Notes under the pieces: model-generated
The model's database searches: none
What the model was told of the DNA's origin: nothing
Seen by the model: the letters and a program-made list of their open reading frames with translations, nothing else
Part shown: piece by piece, positions 35,087-43,321 of the stretch
How positions within the stretch are numbered: the first letter of the stretch is position 1
Layout: every line of letters begins with the position of its first letter
Assembly: GCA_044449445.1 (NCBI GenBank)
Contig: JBIOIA010000002.1
Span: 1-45,296, forward strand
Length of the DNA stretch: 45,296 nucleotides
DNA from: Gemmatimonadales bacterium
GTDB taxonomy: Bacteria > Gemmatimonadota > Gemmatimonadetes > Gemmatimonadales > JACORV01
Reading direction: 5' to 3'
Made by a program: the position numbers and the translations under genes

Positions 35087-35732
35087 CGCCGCGCCCGTGC
35101 AGCATCTGGAGGATCGCGTTCACCGTCAGGGCGAGCGCGAGCAGGATCAGGCCCAGCGCGACCGCGAGCCCGAAGTCGCCCTGCGACGTGGCCAGCGTGA
35201 TCGCCGTGGTGAGCGTCCGGGTCTCGCCCTTGATGTTGCCGCCCACGATCAGCGCCGCCCCGACCTCGGACAGCACGCGTCCGAACGCGACCGCGACGGC
35301 GGCCGCGAGCGCCAGTTTCGCCTCGCGCAACACCGCCCACGCCGAGCGCAGCGGGCCGGCGCCGAGCGTCAGCGCGGTGCGCAGCACGCGCGGGTCCACC
35401 GCCTGCACGGCCGCGGCCGACAGCGAGGCGGCGATCGGGAAGGCGAGCACGGCCTCGGCCGCGACGATCGCGCGCCAGGTGAACAGCAGCTGGAGCTCGC
35501 CGAACGGCCCGCGGCGCGCCAGCAGCAGGTAGAGGACGAGACCGACCACGACGGTCGGCAGCGCGAGGGCCGTGTTGAGCGCGGTGAGCAGGACGCGGCG
35601 GCCGCGGAACGTGGTGCTGCCCAGCCACGCGCCGGCCGGGATGCCGAGCGCGCACGCCACGAGCGTGGCGAGCACCGCGACCCTCAGCGACAGCGCCGCG
35701 ATCCCGAGGATCTCGGCGTGCAGCCAGCTCAT
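35079..35732 (-). CDS. ABC transporter permease, tungstate/molybdate/sulfate-uptake type (TupB/ModB-like)
   Basis: 217 aa with 5-6 TM segments. LTLGAG and IVGGNIKGETRTLTTAI segments resemble TupB-type permeases. 8-nt overlap with the ATPase gene. Confidence 0.75.
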   Translation of the reverse strand: MSWLHAEILGIAALSLRVAVLATLVACALGIPAGAWLGSTTFRGRRVLLTALNTALALPTVVVGLVLYLLLARRGPFGELQLLFTWRAIVAAEAVLAFPIAASLSAAAVQAVDPRVLRTALTLGAGPLRSAWAVLREAKLALAAAVAVAFGRVLSEVGAALIVGGNIKGETRTLTTAITLATSQGDFGLAVALGLILLALALTVNAILQMLHGRGDA

Positions 35733-35742
35733 GCGCCGGCGT

Positions 35743-36525
35743 CTAGAGGTTGAAGTGGAACGTCAATCCGGCCGTCAGCGTGAAGTTGTGCGTCATCTGC
35801 GTGTCCTTCTCGCTGTTGGGATCGAGCACCGGCGGCGTGATCGGGACGCCATTGGCGTCGGTCGGGAAGAAGTAGGTGGAGGGCCAGGAATACTGGATCG
35901 TGTTGTCGCGCGCCTCGATCGTCAGCGAGATGGATCGTCCGATACGCGCCCGGGTCCCGATCGTCGGCACGAACGTCAGGTGGGAGTTCGGGCTGAAGCC
36001 GCCCGGGTCGGTCACGGTCTTCGTGGGCGCGACGATGCCGAACGCGACGCCGACGTAGGGCTCGAGCCCGTGAAACGACCGGGCGCCGGTGAGCCGGAGC
36101 GCGAGTCCCAGGTCGGCCGATACGAGCTTCAGGTCGATGGGCCCGGTCATGCGCGTGGCCGCAGGCTGTGAGGGATCGATCACGTTGCGCTTGCTGCTGA
36201 TCTCCGCGAACGTGACCCACAGTTCCAACGCATTCGAGAGCGACTGCGTGAACCGGGCGCCGATCTCCGGGCCCGCCTGCGACCCGACGCCCGCGTTGGC
36301 TCGATTGCCGAAGAATTCGCTGACGAACGGGGTGATCGTCTGGTGCGTGGTCACGTCCTGGAAAGGCGAGTGCTCGGGATCGTGGCCCACCTGGGCGGAC
36401 AGGCGGATGGGCGGCCGGGCGGACAGCAGGACCAGGGTCAGGAGCACCCACGCCCCCGCTCCAGGTGACCTGCGCCGGGTCCGTCCGCCAGTCCGCCTGT
36501 TCGCCTGTCCGCCTGCGTTTGACAT
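35743..36525 (-). CDS. Hypothetical secreted beta-barrel-like outer-membrane protein
   Basis: ATG at 36525 preceded by GGGAG. Signal peptide ...LLTLVLLSARPPIRLSA-QV. C-terminal ...LTAGLTFHFNL has a beta-barrel-like ending. Confidence 0.55.
   Translation of the reverse strand: MSNAGGQANRRTGGRTRRRSPGAGAWVLLTLVLLSARPPIRLSAQVGHDPEHSPFQDVTTHQTITPFVSEFFGNRANAGVGSQAGPEIGARFTQSLSNALELWVTFAEISSKRNVIDPSQPAATRMTGPIDLKLVSADLGLALRLTGARSFHGLEPYVGVAFGIVAPTKTVTDPGGFSPNSHLTFVPTIGTRARIGRSISLTIEARDNTIQYSWPSTYFFPTDANGVPITPPVLDPNSEKDTQMTHNFTLTAGLTFHFNL
36483..36514. repeat. Tandem octanucleotide repeat, 4 units (GTCCGCCA GTCCGCCT GTTCGCCT GTCCGCCT)
   Basis: Read directly from the sequence. It lies in codons 4-15 of the minus-strand beta-barrel gene, just upstream of the plus-strand -35 box. 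Confidence 0.9.
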
Positions 36526-36547
36526 CGCTACTCCCATGTTCTACAAT
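36519..36547 (+). promoter_or_regulatory. Near-consensus sigma-70 promoter (TTGACA-N17-TACAAT)
   Basis: TTGACA at 36519-36524 and TACAAT at 36542-36547, in the divergent junction. GTG 36555 is 7 nt downstream. The ATG at 36546 is embedded in the -10 box. Confidence 0.6.
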
Positions 36548-36554
36548 GACTTTC

Positions 36555-37613
36555 GTGCGGTCCAGAACGGCACAATCTACCGCCGCTCGGCGTCACCTAC
36601 CAGCCGCACGCGCCGCCCGTTTCCTGTTTCTCCTCGGTGCGCTCGCGTGGCTGACGGCCCGCCAGGCGCGCACCCAGCAGGCGACCCGGACCTTCGGGGC
36701 CGACGAGCCGATCTACGGCACGATCGGCGGGCCGCGCCTCGGCGAGGTCGTCGGCGGTGCCGCCGTGCGCGCCGGCGAGTCGCAACAGAACCATACTCAG
36801 ATCACCCTCGACGGCTGGGTGTTCAAGCGGTCGCTCCAGGCGATGCAGCGCGACGGGCACACGCTCGCCGTCAAGCCGGCGGTCGAAAATCTCCGCGCCG
36901 CGCCTAACGGTCACGTCCTCGCGCGCCTGGTGCAGGGCTTCATGCTCGACGAAGTCGAGCGCAACGGGGCGTGGGTCCACGTGAGCCGCCAGGTGTGGGT
37001 CCGCTCCGCCGCGCTCGGCGGCCAGACGAGCGTCGCGGCCGTCCCGGCGCGTTCGCCGCCGCCGCGTCCCGCTCGCCCGAGCCCGGCGGTGCAGGAGCCG
37101 CCCCAGCCGGTGGACCCGCGGCGCGCGGTCGCGCGGCGCCGCATCGAGCTGTTCCGCGCGCCCGATTCGACTGCCATCGGCTCGCTCGAGGCCGGCCAGC
37201 CGCTGCGCATCACCGCGCGCGCGGGCGAGTGGGTCCGCATCGAGGCCCAGGCCTGGGTGCGCGAGAACGAGATCCGCCTCACCGACTCCGCGATACTCAC
37301 CGGGCTCTCGGCTGCCGAGCTGCGCGGCGCACCCGCGGAGTTCCGCGGCAGGCTGCTGCGCTGGACGATCCAGTTCCTGTCGCTCCAGACCGCCGACGAG
37401 CTGCGCTCCGACTTCCAGCCCGGCCAGCGCTACATCCTCGCGCGCGGTCCCGCGCCCGAGTACGCCTTCGTCTACATCATCGTCCCGCCCGAACGGCTCG
37501 CCGAGGTACAGAAGCTCGAGCCGCTGGCGAGCGTCCAGATCGTGGCGCGCGTCGTGAACGGACGCAGCCAGTACCTCGCCAATCCCATCCTCGAGCTCGT
37601 GGAGCTCCAATGA
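36555..37613 (+). CDS. Hypothetical secreted protein with two SH3b-like segments and a Pro-rich linker
   Basis: Signal-like N-terminus (RFLFLLGALAWLTA). Two segments look SH3b-like: GHVLARLVQGFMLDEVERNGAWVHV and AIGSLEAGQPLRITARAGEWVRIEAQAWV. Start is either GTG 36555 (7 nt after the -10 box) or ATG 36546 (inside the -10 box). Confidence 0.55.
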   Translation: MRSRTAQSTAARRHLPAARAARFLFLLGALAWLTARQARTQQATRTFGADEPIYGTIGGPRLGEVVGGAAVRAGESQQNHTQITLDGWVFKRSLQAMQRDGHTLAVKPAVENLRAAPNGHVLARLVQGFMLDEVERNGAWVHVSRQVWVRSAALGGQTSVAAVPARSPPPRPARPSPAVQEPPQPVDPRRAVARRRIELFRAPDSTAIGSLEAGQPLRITARAGEWVRIEAQAWVRENEIRLTDSAILTGLSAAELRGAPAEFRGRLLRWTIQFLSLQTADELRSDFQPGQRYILARGPAPEYAFVYIIVPPERLAEVQKLEPLASVQIVARVVNGRSQYLANPILELVELQ

Positions 37614-38026
37614 ATGAGTTCCTGAAGAAGCGTCTCGATCGCAAGCTCGAGTCCCTCAGCGACGAGCGGGTGTACCAGGTCCTCGACTACATCGAGTTCC
37701 TCGAGTCGAAGTACGGCGCGAAGGCGGCCGAGGCGCCCACCGCATTCCAGAAGCTGGCCGAGACGGTGGAGGACACGCTGCGCGCGGGCCGCGTCTCGGC
37801 CTCCGCGATCCGCGGCACGATGGACGCGATGTCGTCGGCCGGTCGCATGATGAGCGGGCTCGCCGCGGCGGGGAAGTCGGTCGTGGACCAGGTGGCGGGC
37901 AGCGCCGCAACGAAGCCCGAAGACGCGAAGCCGGCGCCGGGCAGCGCGCCGCCGGCCGCGCAGGACGGGACGCCATCGCCCGAAAAGGGCGGCACGCCGC
38001 CGGAGTCCGCGCCCCGGTCTGCTTGA
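37610..38026 (+). CDS. Hypothetical protein (helical N-terminus, low-complexity Ala/Pro-rich tail)
   Basis: ATG at 37610 overlaps the upstream stop (ATGA). The N-terminus [20 protein letters not shown] resembles short DUF2281-like helical domains (weak). Confidence 0.45.
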   Translation: MNEFLKKRLDRKLESLSDERVYQVLDYIEFLESKYGAKAAEAPTAFQKLAETVEDTLRAGRVSASAIRGTMDAMSSAGRMMSGLAAAGKSVVDQVAGSAATKPEDAKPAPGSAPPAAQDGTPSPEKGGTPPESAPRSA

Positions 38027-38052
38027 CCCGTCCCGCGGCGGCCCTTTACATT
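38023..38052 (+). promoter_or_regulatory. Sigma-70-like promoter of guaB (TTGACC-N18-TACATT), leaderless geometry
   Basis: TTGACC at 38023-38028 contains the TGA stop of the upstream gene. TACATT lies at 38047-38052. ATG 38058 is only 5 nt downstream. Confidence 0.5.
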
Positions 38053-38057
38053 CCGCC

Positions 38058-39518
38058 ATGGAGACCCGGATTCGCGCCACGGAAGGACTCGCGTTCGACG
38101 ACGTCCTCCTGGTGCCCCGCCATTCGACGGTCCATCCCCGGCAGGTGGACGTCTCAAGCAGGCTGACCCGCGACATCCCGCTCAACATTCCGTTCCTCTC
38201 GGCCGCCATGGACACGGTGACCGAGGCGGAGATGGCCATCGCGATGGCGCGTCACGGCGGCATCGGCGTCATCCACAAGAACATGCCGATCGACCGGCAG
38301 GTTGCCGAAGTCGATCGCGTGAAGCGCTCCGAGAGCGGGATGATCCTCGATCCGATCACGCTGCCCGCGGACCGGCCGATCCGCGAGGCGATGCAGCTCA
38401 TGGCGCGCTTCCGCATCTCCGGCGTGCCGATCGTGGACGATCGCCGCCGGCTCATCGGCATCATCACCAACCGCGATCTCCAGTTCGAACGCGACCCCAA
38501 CCGGCTGATCCGGGACGTCATGACGTCGGCCGACCTGGTCACCGCGCCCGTGGGCACGACGCTCGACGAGGCGCAGAAGATCCTGGGCCGCCACAAGGTC
38601 GAGAAGCTCCCGGTCGTCGCGAAGGACGGCACGCTCAAGGGCCTCATCACGGTCAAGGACATCTTCAAGCGCCAGCAGTTTCCGGACGCGAACAAGGACA
38701 AGCACGGCCGCCTGAGGGTCGCCGCGGCGGTCGGGGCGACCAAGGACTCGGTGATCAGGGCGCGAGCGCTCTGCGACGCGGGCTGCGACGTGCTGGTGCT
38801 CGATTCCGCGCATGGCCACGCCGAGGGCGTGCTCAAGGCCGTCGCCGAGCTGCGCGAGGCGCTGCCCGAGGCGCAGATCGTCGGCGGCAACGTGGCCACG
38901 AGCGACGGCGCGCGCGCGATGGTCGAGCGCGGCGCGGACGCCGTGAAGGTCGGCGTCGGCCCGGGCTCGATCTGCACGACGCGCGTCGTCACCGGCGTCG
39001 GCGTGCCCCAGCTCACGGCCATCATCGACGCGGTGCGCGGGGCGGGTGACGTGCCCGTGATCGCCGACGGCGGCGTGAAGTACTCGGGCGACGCCGTGAA
39101 GGCGCTCGCCGCGGGCGCCGCCAGCGTGATGATGGGATCGATGTTCGCCGGCACCGAGGAGAGCCCGGGCGAGTCGCTGCTGATGGAAGGCCGCCGCTTC
39201 AAGGTGATCCGCGGCATGGGCTCGCTGGGCGCGATGCAGGAGGGCTCGGCCGACCGCTATTTCCAGGAAGGCGAGATGGCCGCCTCGAAGCTGGTCCCCG
39301 AGGGCATCGAGGGGCGCGTCCCCTACAAGGGCCCGGTGGCGGACGTGATCTACCAGATGGTCGGCGGCCTGAAGAGCGGGATGGGCTACTGCGGCGTCGG
39401 CACGATCAAGGCGCTCCAGACCGAGACCGAGCTGGTGCGCCAGACCGCGTCGGGCCTGCGCGAGTCGCATCCCCACGACGTGACGATCACGCGCGAGGCC
39501 CCGAACTACAGCGTCTGA
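38058..39518 (+). CDS. guaB: IMP dehydrogenase
   Basis: 486 aa. FDDVLLVP, the catalytic GSICTTR loop, an inserted CBS pair, and [11 protein letters not shown]. Confidence 0.95.
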   Translation: METRIRATEGLAFDDVLLVPRHSTVHPRQVDVSSRLTRDIPLNIPFLSAAMDTVTEAEMAIAMARHGGIGVIHKNMPIDRQVAEVDRVKRSESGMILDPITLPADRPIREAMQLMARFRISGVPIVDDRRRLIGIITNRDLQFERDPNRLIRDVMTSADLVTAPVGTTLDEAQKILGRHKVEKLPVVAKDGTLKGLITVKDIFKRQQFPDANKDKHGRLRVAAAVGATKDSVIRARALCDAGCDVLVLDSAHGHAEGVLKAVAELREALPEAQIVGGNVATSDGARAMVERGADAVKVGVGPGSICTTRVVTGVGVPQLTAIIDAVRGAGDVPVIADGGVKYSGDAVKALAAGAASVMMGSMFAGTEESPGESLLMEGRRFKVIRGMGSLGAMQEGSADRYFQEGEMAASKLVPEGIEGRVPYKGPVADVIYQMVGGLKSGMGYCGVGTIKALQTETELVRQTASGLRESHPHDVTITREAPNYSV

Positions 39519-39625
39519 CCGGCCTTCGCGCCGTTCCGCCGTGCACCTCCCGGGGGCGCGAGGTCTTGCCCCGCCGTCCGATTAGCGGTAGTTAAGGCCA
39601 CCCCAAATCCGAGTCCGGAGTGTTC

Positions 39626-41131
39626 ATGAGCCTGACGGCGACCAAGTCCATCACGGCCCTGCGTGCCGAGGCCGATGCAGTCGGCGAGAAATCGCTGAAG
39701 CGCACGCTCGGACCGCTGAACCTGACCACGCTCGGCATCGGCGCCATCATCGGCGCGGGCATCTTCGTGCTGACGGGCCAGGCCGCGGCGCTGCACGCGG
39801 GACCGGCGGTTCCGATTTCGATGATCCTGGTCGGCATCGCCTGCGCCTTCGCCGGCCTGTGCTACGCCGAGATGGCGAGCGCGGTCCCGGTGGCGGGCAG
39901 CGCATACACCTACTCGTATGCGACCATGGGCGAGCTGGTCGCCTGGATCATCGGGTGGGACCTGGTCCTCGAGTACGCGGCGGGCGCCGCGACGGTGGGC
40001 GTGGGCTGGTCCGGCCATTTCGTCAGCCTGCTGAAGCAGTTCGGCTTCGCGCTCCCCGCCAACCTCACCAGTGCCCCCACGCTCTGGTGTTCGGCGGCCC
40101 AGGTCGGCACGATGGTCTCGGGCTGCGCGCACTCGGGCCTGAACCTGACGGGCGCCATTGTCAACCTGCCGGCCGTCTTCATCGTGGCACTGATGTCCAC
40201 GATCCTGGTGATCGGCATCAAGGAGTCGGCGTCGGTCAACAACGTGATCGTGATGCTCAAGCTGACGATCATTCTGCTGATCGTCGGGGTCGGCCTGTTC
40301 CACATCACCCCCGCCAACTGGAAGCCCTTCATTCCGCCGAACACCGGCGAGTGGGGCACCTACGGGTACTCCGGCATTCTGCGCGGTGCCGGCCTGGTCT
40401 TCTTCGCCTATATCGGATTCGACGCCGTGTCCACGGCCGCGCAGGAAGCGCGCAATCCCCAGAAGGACATGGCCATCGGCATTCTGGGCTCGCTGGCGAT
40501 CTGCACGCTGCTCTACGTCGTGGTGTCGGCGGTGCTGACCGGCATGGTCTCGTACAAGGACCTGAACGTCGCGGCCCCGATGGCCCTCGCAATGGAGCGC
40601 ATCGGCGCGCCCGGCTGGGTGCGTGTCTCGGTGGACGTCGGGGCGGTGCTCGGCCTGGGCTCCGTCATCCTCGTGATGCTCCTCGGCCAGTCGCGCGTGT
40701 TCTACTCGATGTCGCGCGACGGCCTGCTCGGCAAGTGGGCCGGCTCGGTGCACCCGAAGTTCCGCACGCCGTATCTCTCCACGATCTTCACCGGGATCGC
40801 CGTCGGTCTCGCGACCGGCATCCTGCCGCTCCAGCTCCTGGGACAGCTGGTGAACATCGGCACGCTGCTCGCGTTCGTGCTGGTGTGCATCGGCGTCATG
40901 GTGCTGCGGAAGACCCGGCCCGACCTCGAGCGTCCGTTCCGGACCCCATGGGTGCCGTTCGTGCCGATCATGGGCGTGCTGTGTTGCCTCGGCCTGATGG
41001 CGACGCTGCCCGTCGACACCTGGATCCGGCTGGTGGTCTGGCTGCTGATCGGATTCGCCATCTACTTCGGGTACAGCCGCAGGCACAGTGTCCTGCAGCA
41101 GGAGCTGGCGAACGGCAAGACCACGACGTAG
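39626..41131 (+). CDS. APC-superfamily amino acid permease (cationic amino acid transporter-like)
   Basis: GGAG 7 nt upstream of ATG 39626. GIGAIIGAGIFVLTG motif. About 12-14 TM segments. Confidence 0.85.
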   Translation: MSLTATKSITALRAEADAVGEKSLKRTLGPLNLTTLGIGAIIGAGIFVLTGQAAALHAGPAVPISMILVGIACAFAGLCYAEMASAVPVAGSAYTYSYATMGELVAWIIGWDLVLEYAAGAATVGVGWSGHFVSLLKQFGFALPANLTSAPTLWCSAAQVGTMVSGCAHSGLNLTGAIVNLPAVFIVALMSTILVIGIKESASVNNVIVMLKLTIILLIVGVGLFHITPANWKPFIPPNTGEWGTYGYSGILRGAGLVFFAYIGFDAVSTAAQEARNPQKDMAIGILGSLAICTLLYVVVSAVLTGMVSYKDLNVAAPMALAMERIGAPGWVRVSVDVGAVLGLGSVILVMLLGQSRVFYSMSRDGLLGKWAGSVHPKFRTPYLSTIFTGIAVGLATGILPLQLLGQLVNIGTLLAFVLVCIGVMVLRKTRPDLERPFRTPWVPFVPIMGVLCCLGLMATLPVDTWIRLVVWLLIGFAIYFGYSRRHSVLQQELANGKTTT

Positions 41132-41142
41132 CGCAAGAACTC

Positions 41143-41171
41143 TTGGCCCCGGGGCGGCGCATCGGTAGGTT
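41143..41171 (+). promoter_or_regulatory. Weaker promoter-like motif before nrnA (TTGGCC-N17-TAGGTT)
   Basis: TTGGCC at 41143-41148 and TAGGTT at 41166-41171. ATG 41181 is 9 nt downstream with no SD. Confidence 0.3.
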
Positions 41172-41180
41172 CCATCGCCG

Positions 41181-42212
41181 ATGAGCCGCCCCGCGCATTT
41201 GGAAGCAGTCCCCGAAAACCGCCGCGCCCCCGCGCGCGATGTCGCCGCCGCGTTGCTCGGCGCACGCCGCATCGCCCTGACCACGCACGTCAACTCCGAC
41301 GGCGACGGACTCGGCAGCGAGATCGCGCTGCTGCACCTGCTCGCCGCGCAGGGCCGCGAGGCGGTGATCGTCAATCCCACGCCGATCCCCGACCGCTATC
41401 AGTTCCTGGTCGAGAAGGTCGCCGAACGCGACCGGAGCTCCGGCGCTTCCGCCGCGATCAAGGCGGCGGATCTCATCCTCGTCCTCGACATCTCGGACTT
41501 AGGGCGCCTCGGCAACCTGGCCGAGCTCGTGCGCGCGCGGGGCGTGAAGGTCGCGTGCATCGACCACCACGCCTCGCCAGGCACGTTGCCCGAGGGCCCC
41601 AGGCTCGTGGACCCCGAGGCGAGCGCGACGGCCGAGCTGGTGTACGACCTCGCCGTCGAGGCGGGCTGGCCGATCGAGTCGGAGGCCGCGCGCGCTCTGT
41701 ACGTCGGGCTGATGACCGACACGGGCGGGTTCCGCTTCGGCAACACGACGCCGCGGGTACTGCGCCTGGCGGCCTCGCTGCTCGAGGCGGGCGTGCATCC
41801 CGAGCGGCTCTACGAGCAGGTCTACGCGACCGCGCCGGTCGGGCGGATCCGGCTGACGGCGCAGGTGCTCGACACGCTCGTCGTCGAGCCGGAGTTCGGG
41901 CTCTCGTGGGTGACGGTGCCGGCGGGCGCGCTCGAGCGGCACGACGCGAGCGCCGACGACCTCGACGGCCTGGTCGAGTTCGCGCGGTCGGTGCAGGGAA
42001 CGCGGCTCGCGCTGCTGTTCCGCAACCTGGCGAACGGCAAGGTGAAGGTGTCGTTCCGCTCGGTCGGCGACTTCGACGTCTCCGCGTTCGCGCACCAGTT
42101 CGGCGGCGGCGGCCACGCCAAGGCGTCGGGCGCGTCCATCGCGGGCAGCCTGGACGAGGTGCAACAGAAGGTCCTCGCGGCCGCGCGCGCCGCGCTGCTT
42201 CCCTCCCGCTAG
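41181..42212 (+). CDS. nrnA: DHH-family phosphoesterase (NrnA-like oligoribonuclease/pAp phosphatase)
   Basis: HVNSDGDGLGS, the DHH motif in CIDHHAS, and the DHHA1 motif GGGGHAKASG. Confidence 0.85.
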   Translation: MSRPAHLEAVPENRRAPARDVAAALLGARRIALTTHVNSDGDGLGSEIALLHLLAAQGREAVIVNPTPIPDRYQFLVEKVAERDRSSGASAAIKAADLILVLDISDLGRLGNLAELVRARGVKVACIDHHASPGTLPEGPRLVDPEASATAELVYDLAVEAGWPIESEAARALYVGLMTDTGGFRFGNTTPRVLRLAASLLEAGVHPERLYEQVYATAPVGRIRLTAQVLDTLVVEPEFGLSWVTVPAGALERHDASADDLDGLVEFARSVQGTRLALLFRNLANGKVKVSFRSVGDFDVSAFAHQFGGGGHAKASGASIAGSLDEVQQKVLAAARAALLPSR

Positions 42213-42221
42213 ATTCGTGTC

Positions 42222-43310
42222 ATGACGGACGTGCAGCAGCTCAAGGCCCGCGTCGCCGCGGCCCTGACCGGCGTCGTGAACCCGCGCACCGGAACGGATC
42301 TCATCACGGCCGGGACGGTGAGCGAGGTCGCGGTGGATCCGGACGGCACCGTGCGGATCGCCGTCGCGCTCCTGGCCGAAGATCCGGGGAACCTGGCGCG
42401 CGAGGCGCGGCGGGCCGTGCAGCAGGTCGAGGGTGTAACGTCGGTGAAGGTCGGCGTCACGTCGACCGCGCCGCAGGCCACCACGCCCAAGGCCGTGCCC
42501 GCGCCGCAGCCGCGCGAGCTGCCGCACCTCGGCCGCGTGATCGCGGTGTCGAGCGGCAAGGGCGGCGTCGGCAAGTCCACCGTCTCGGTGAACCTCGCGG
42601 CCGCGCTTGCCGCGCGCGGACTGCGCGTCGGGCTGATGGACGCGGACATCTACGGCCCCAACGTGCCTCGCATGCTCGGCGTGGTGGGCAAGGAGCCGTC
42701 GATTTCCCCCGAGCGCCGCATCATGCCGCTGGAGGCGCACGGCATCAAGCTGATCTCGCTCGGCAACCTCGTGGGCCGCGACGTCGCCACGATCTGGCGC
42801 GGGCCCATCATCACCAAGATCATCCAGCAGTTCCTGGCCGACGTGGCGTGGGGCCAGCTCGACGCGCTCGTCGTGGACCTGCCGCCGGGGACCGGCGACG
42901 CGCAGCTCTCGCTGGTGCAGAACGTGCACGTCGCGGCCGGCATCATCGTGACCACGCCGCAGGAAGTCGCGGTGGGCGACGCGTTGCGCGGCGCGAAGAT
43001 GTTCGAGAAGGTCGGCGTGCCGGTGCTCGGTATCGTGGAGAACATGTCGTACTTCGTGGTCCCCGGTACCGGGGCGCGCGAGTACGTCTTCGGGAAGGGC
43101 GGCGGTGGGCGGCTCGCGGCCGAGCTGGGCGTGCCGTTGCTCGCGGAGATTCCGCTGGCGACCCGCGTGCAGGAATTGGGCGAAGCTGGAACGCCGGTCG
43201 TCCTGGCCGACCCCGACTCTCCCGCGGCGCAGGCGTTGCGGACGATGGCCGAGCGCGTGCTCGCGCTGGTCGAAGAGCACGCCGTCCGCCTCCCGATCGT
43301 CGCCGACTGA
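42222..43310 (+). CDS. apbC: Mrp/NBP35 (ApbC) iron-sulfur cluster carrier ATPase
   Basis: N-terminal DUF59-like domain, deviant Walker A SGKGGVGKST, and ENMSYF. Confidence 0.9.
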   Translation: MTDVQQLKARVAAALTGVVNPRTGTDLITAGTVSEVAVDPDGTVRIAVALLAEDPGNLAREARRAVQQVEGVTSVKVGVTSTAPQATTPKAVPAPQPRELPHLGRVIAVSSGKGGVGKSTVSVNLAAALAARGLRVGLMDADIYGPNVPRMLGVVGKEPSISPERRIMPLEAHGIKLISLGNLVGRDVATIWRGPIITKIIQQFLADVAWGQLDALVVDLPPGTGDAQLSLVQNVHVAAGIIVTTPQEVAVGDALRGAKMFEKVGVPVLGIVENMSYFVVPGTGAREYVFGKGGGGRLAAELGVPLLAEIPLATRVQELGEAGTPVVLADPDSPAAQALRTMAERVLALVEEHAVRLPIVAD

Positions 43311-43321
43311 CCCCGCCCCCG

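Noticed and set aside
36526-36620. Possible Moco riboswitch or ModE operator upstream of the Mo/W operon.
   Set aside because: Only about 20-30 bp separate the divergent coding regions, far too short for the roughly 130-150-nt Moco RNA motif. I see no TATAT-N7-TAYAT-type ModE site.
39519-39619. The largest intergenic gap (about 100 nt, guaB to the permease gene), examined for a tRNA, small RNA, riboswitch or terminator.
   Set aside because: There is no T-loop or anticodon-arm pattern. Only weak hairpins are present (GGGGC-N10-GCCCC) with no U-tract. I cannot support any call beyond the GGAG ribosome-binding site before ATG 39626.
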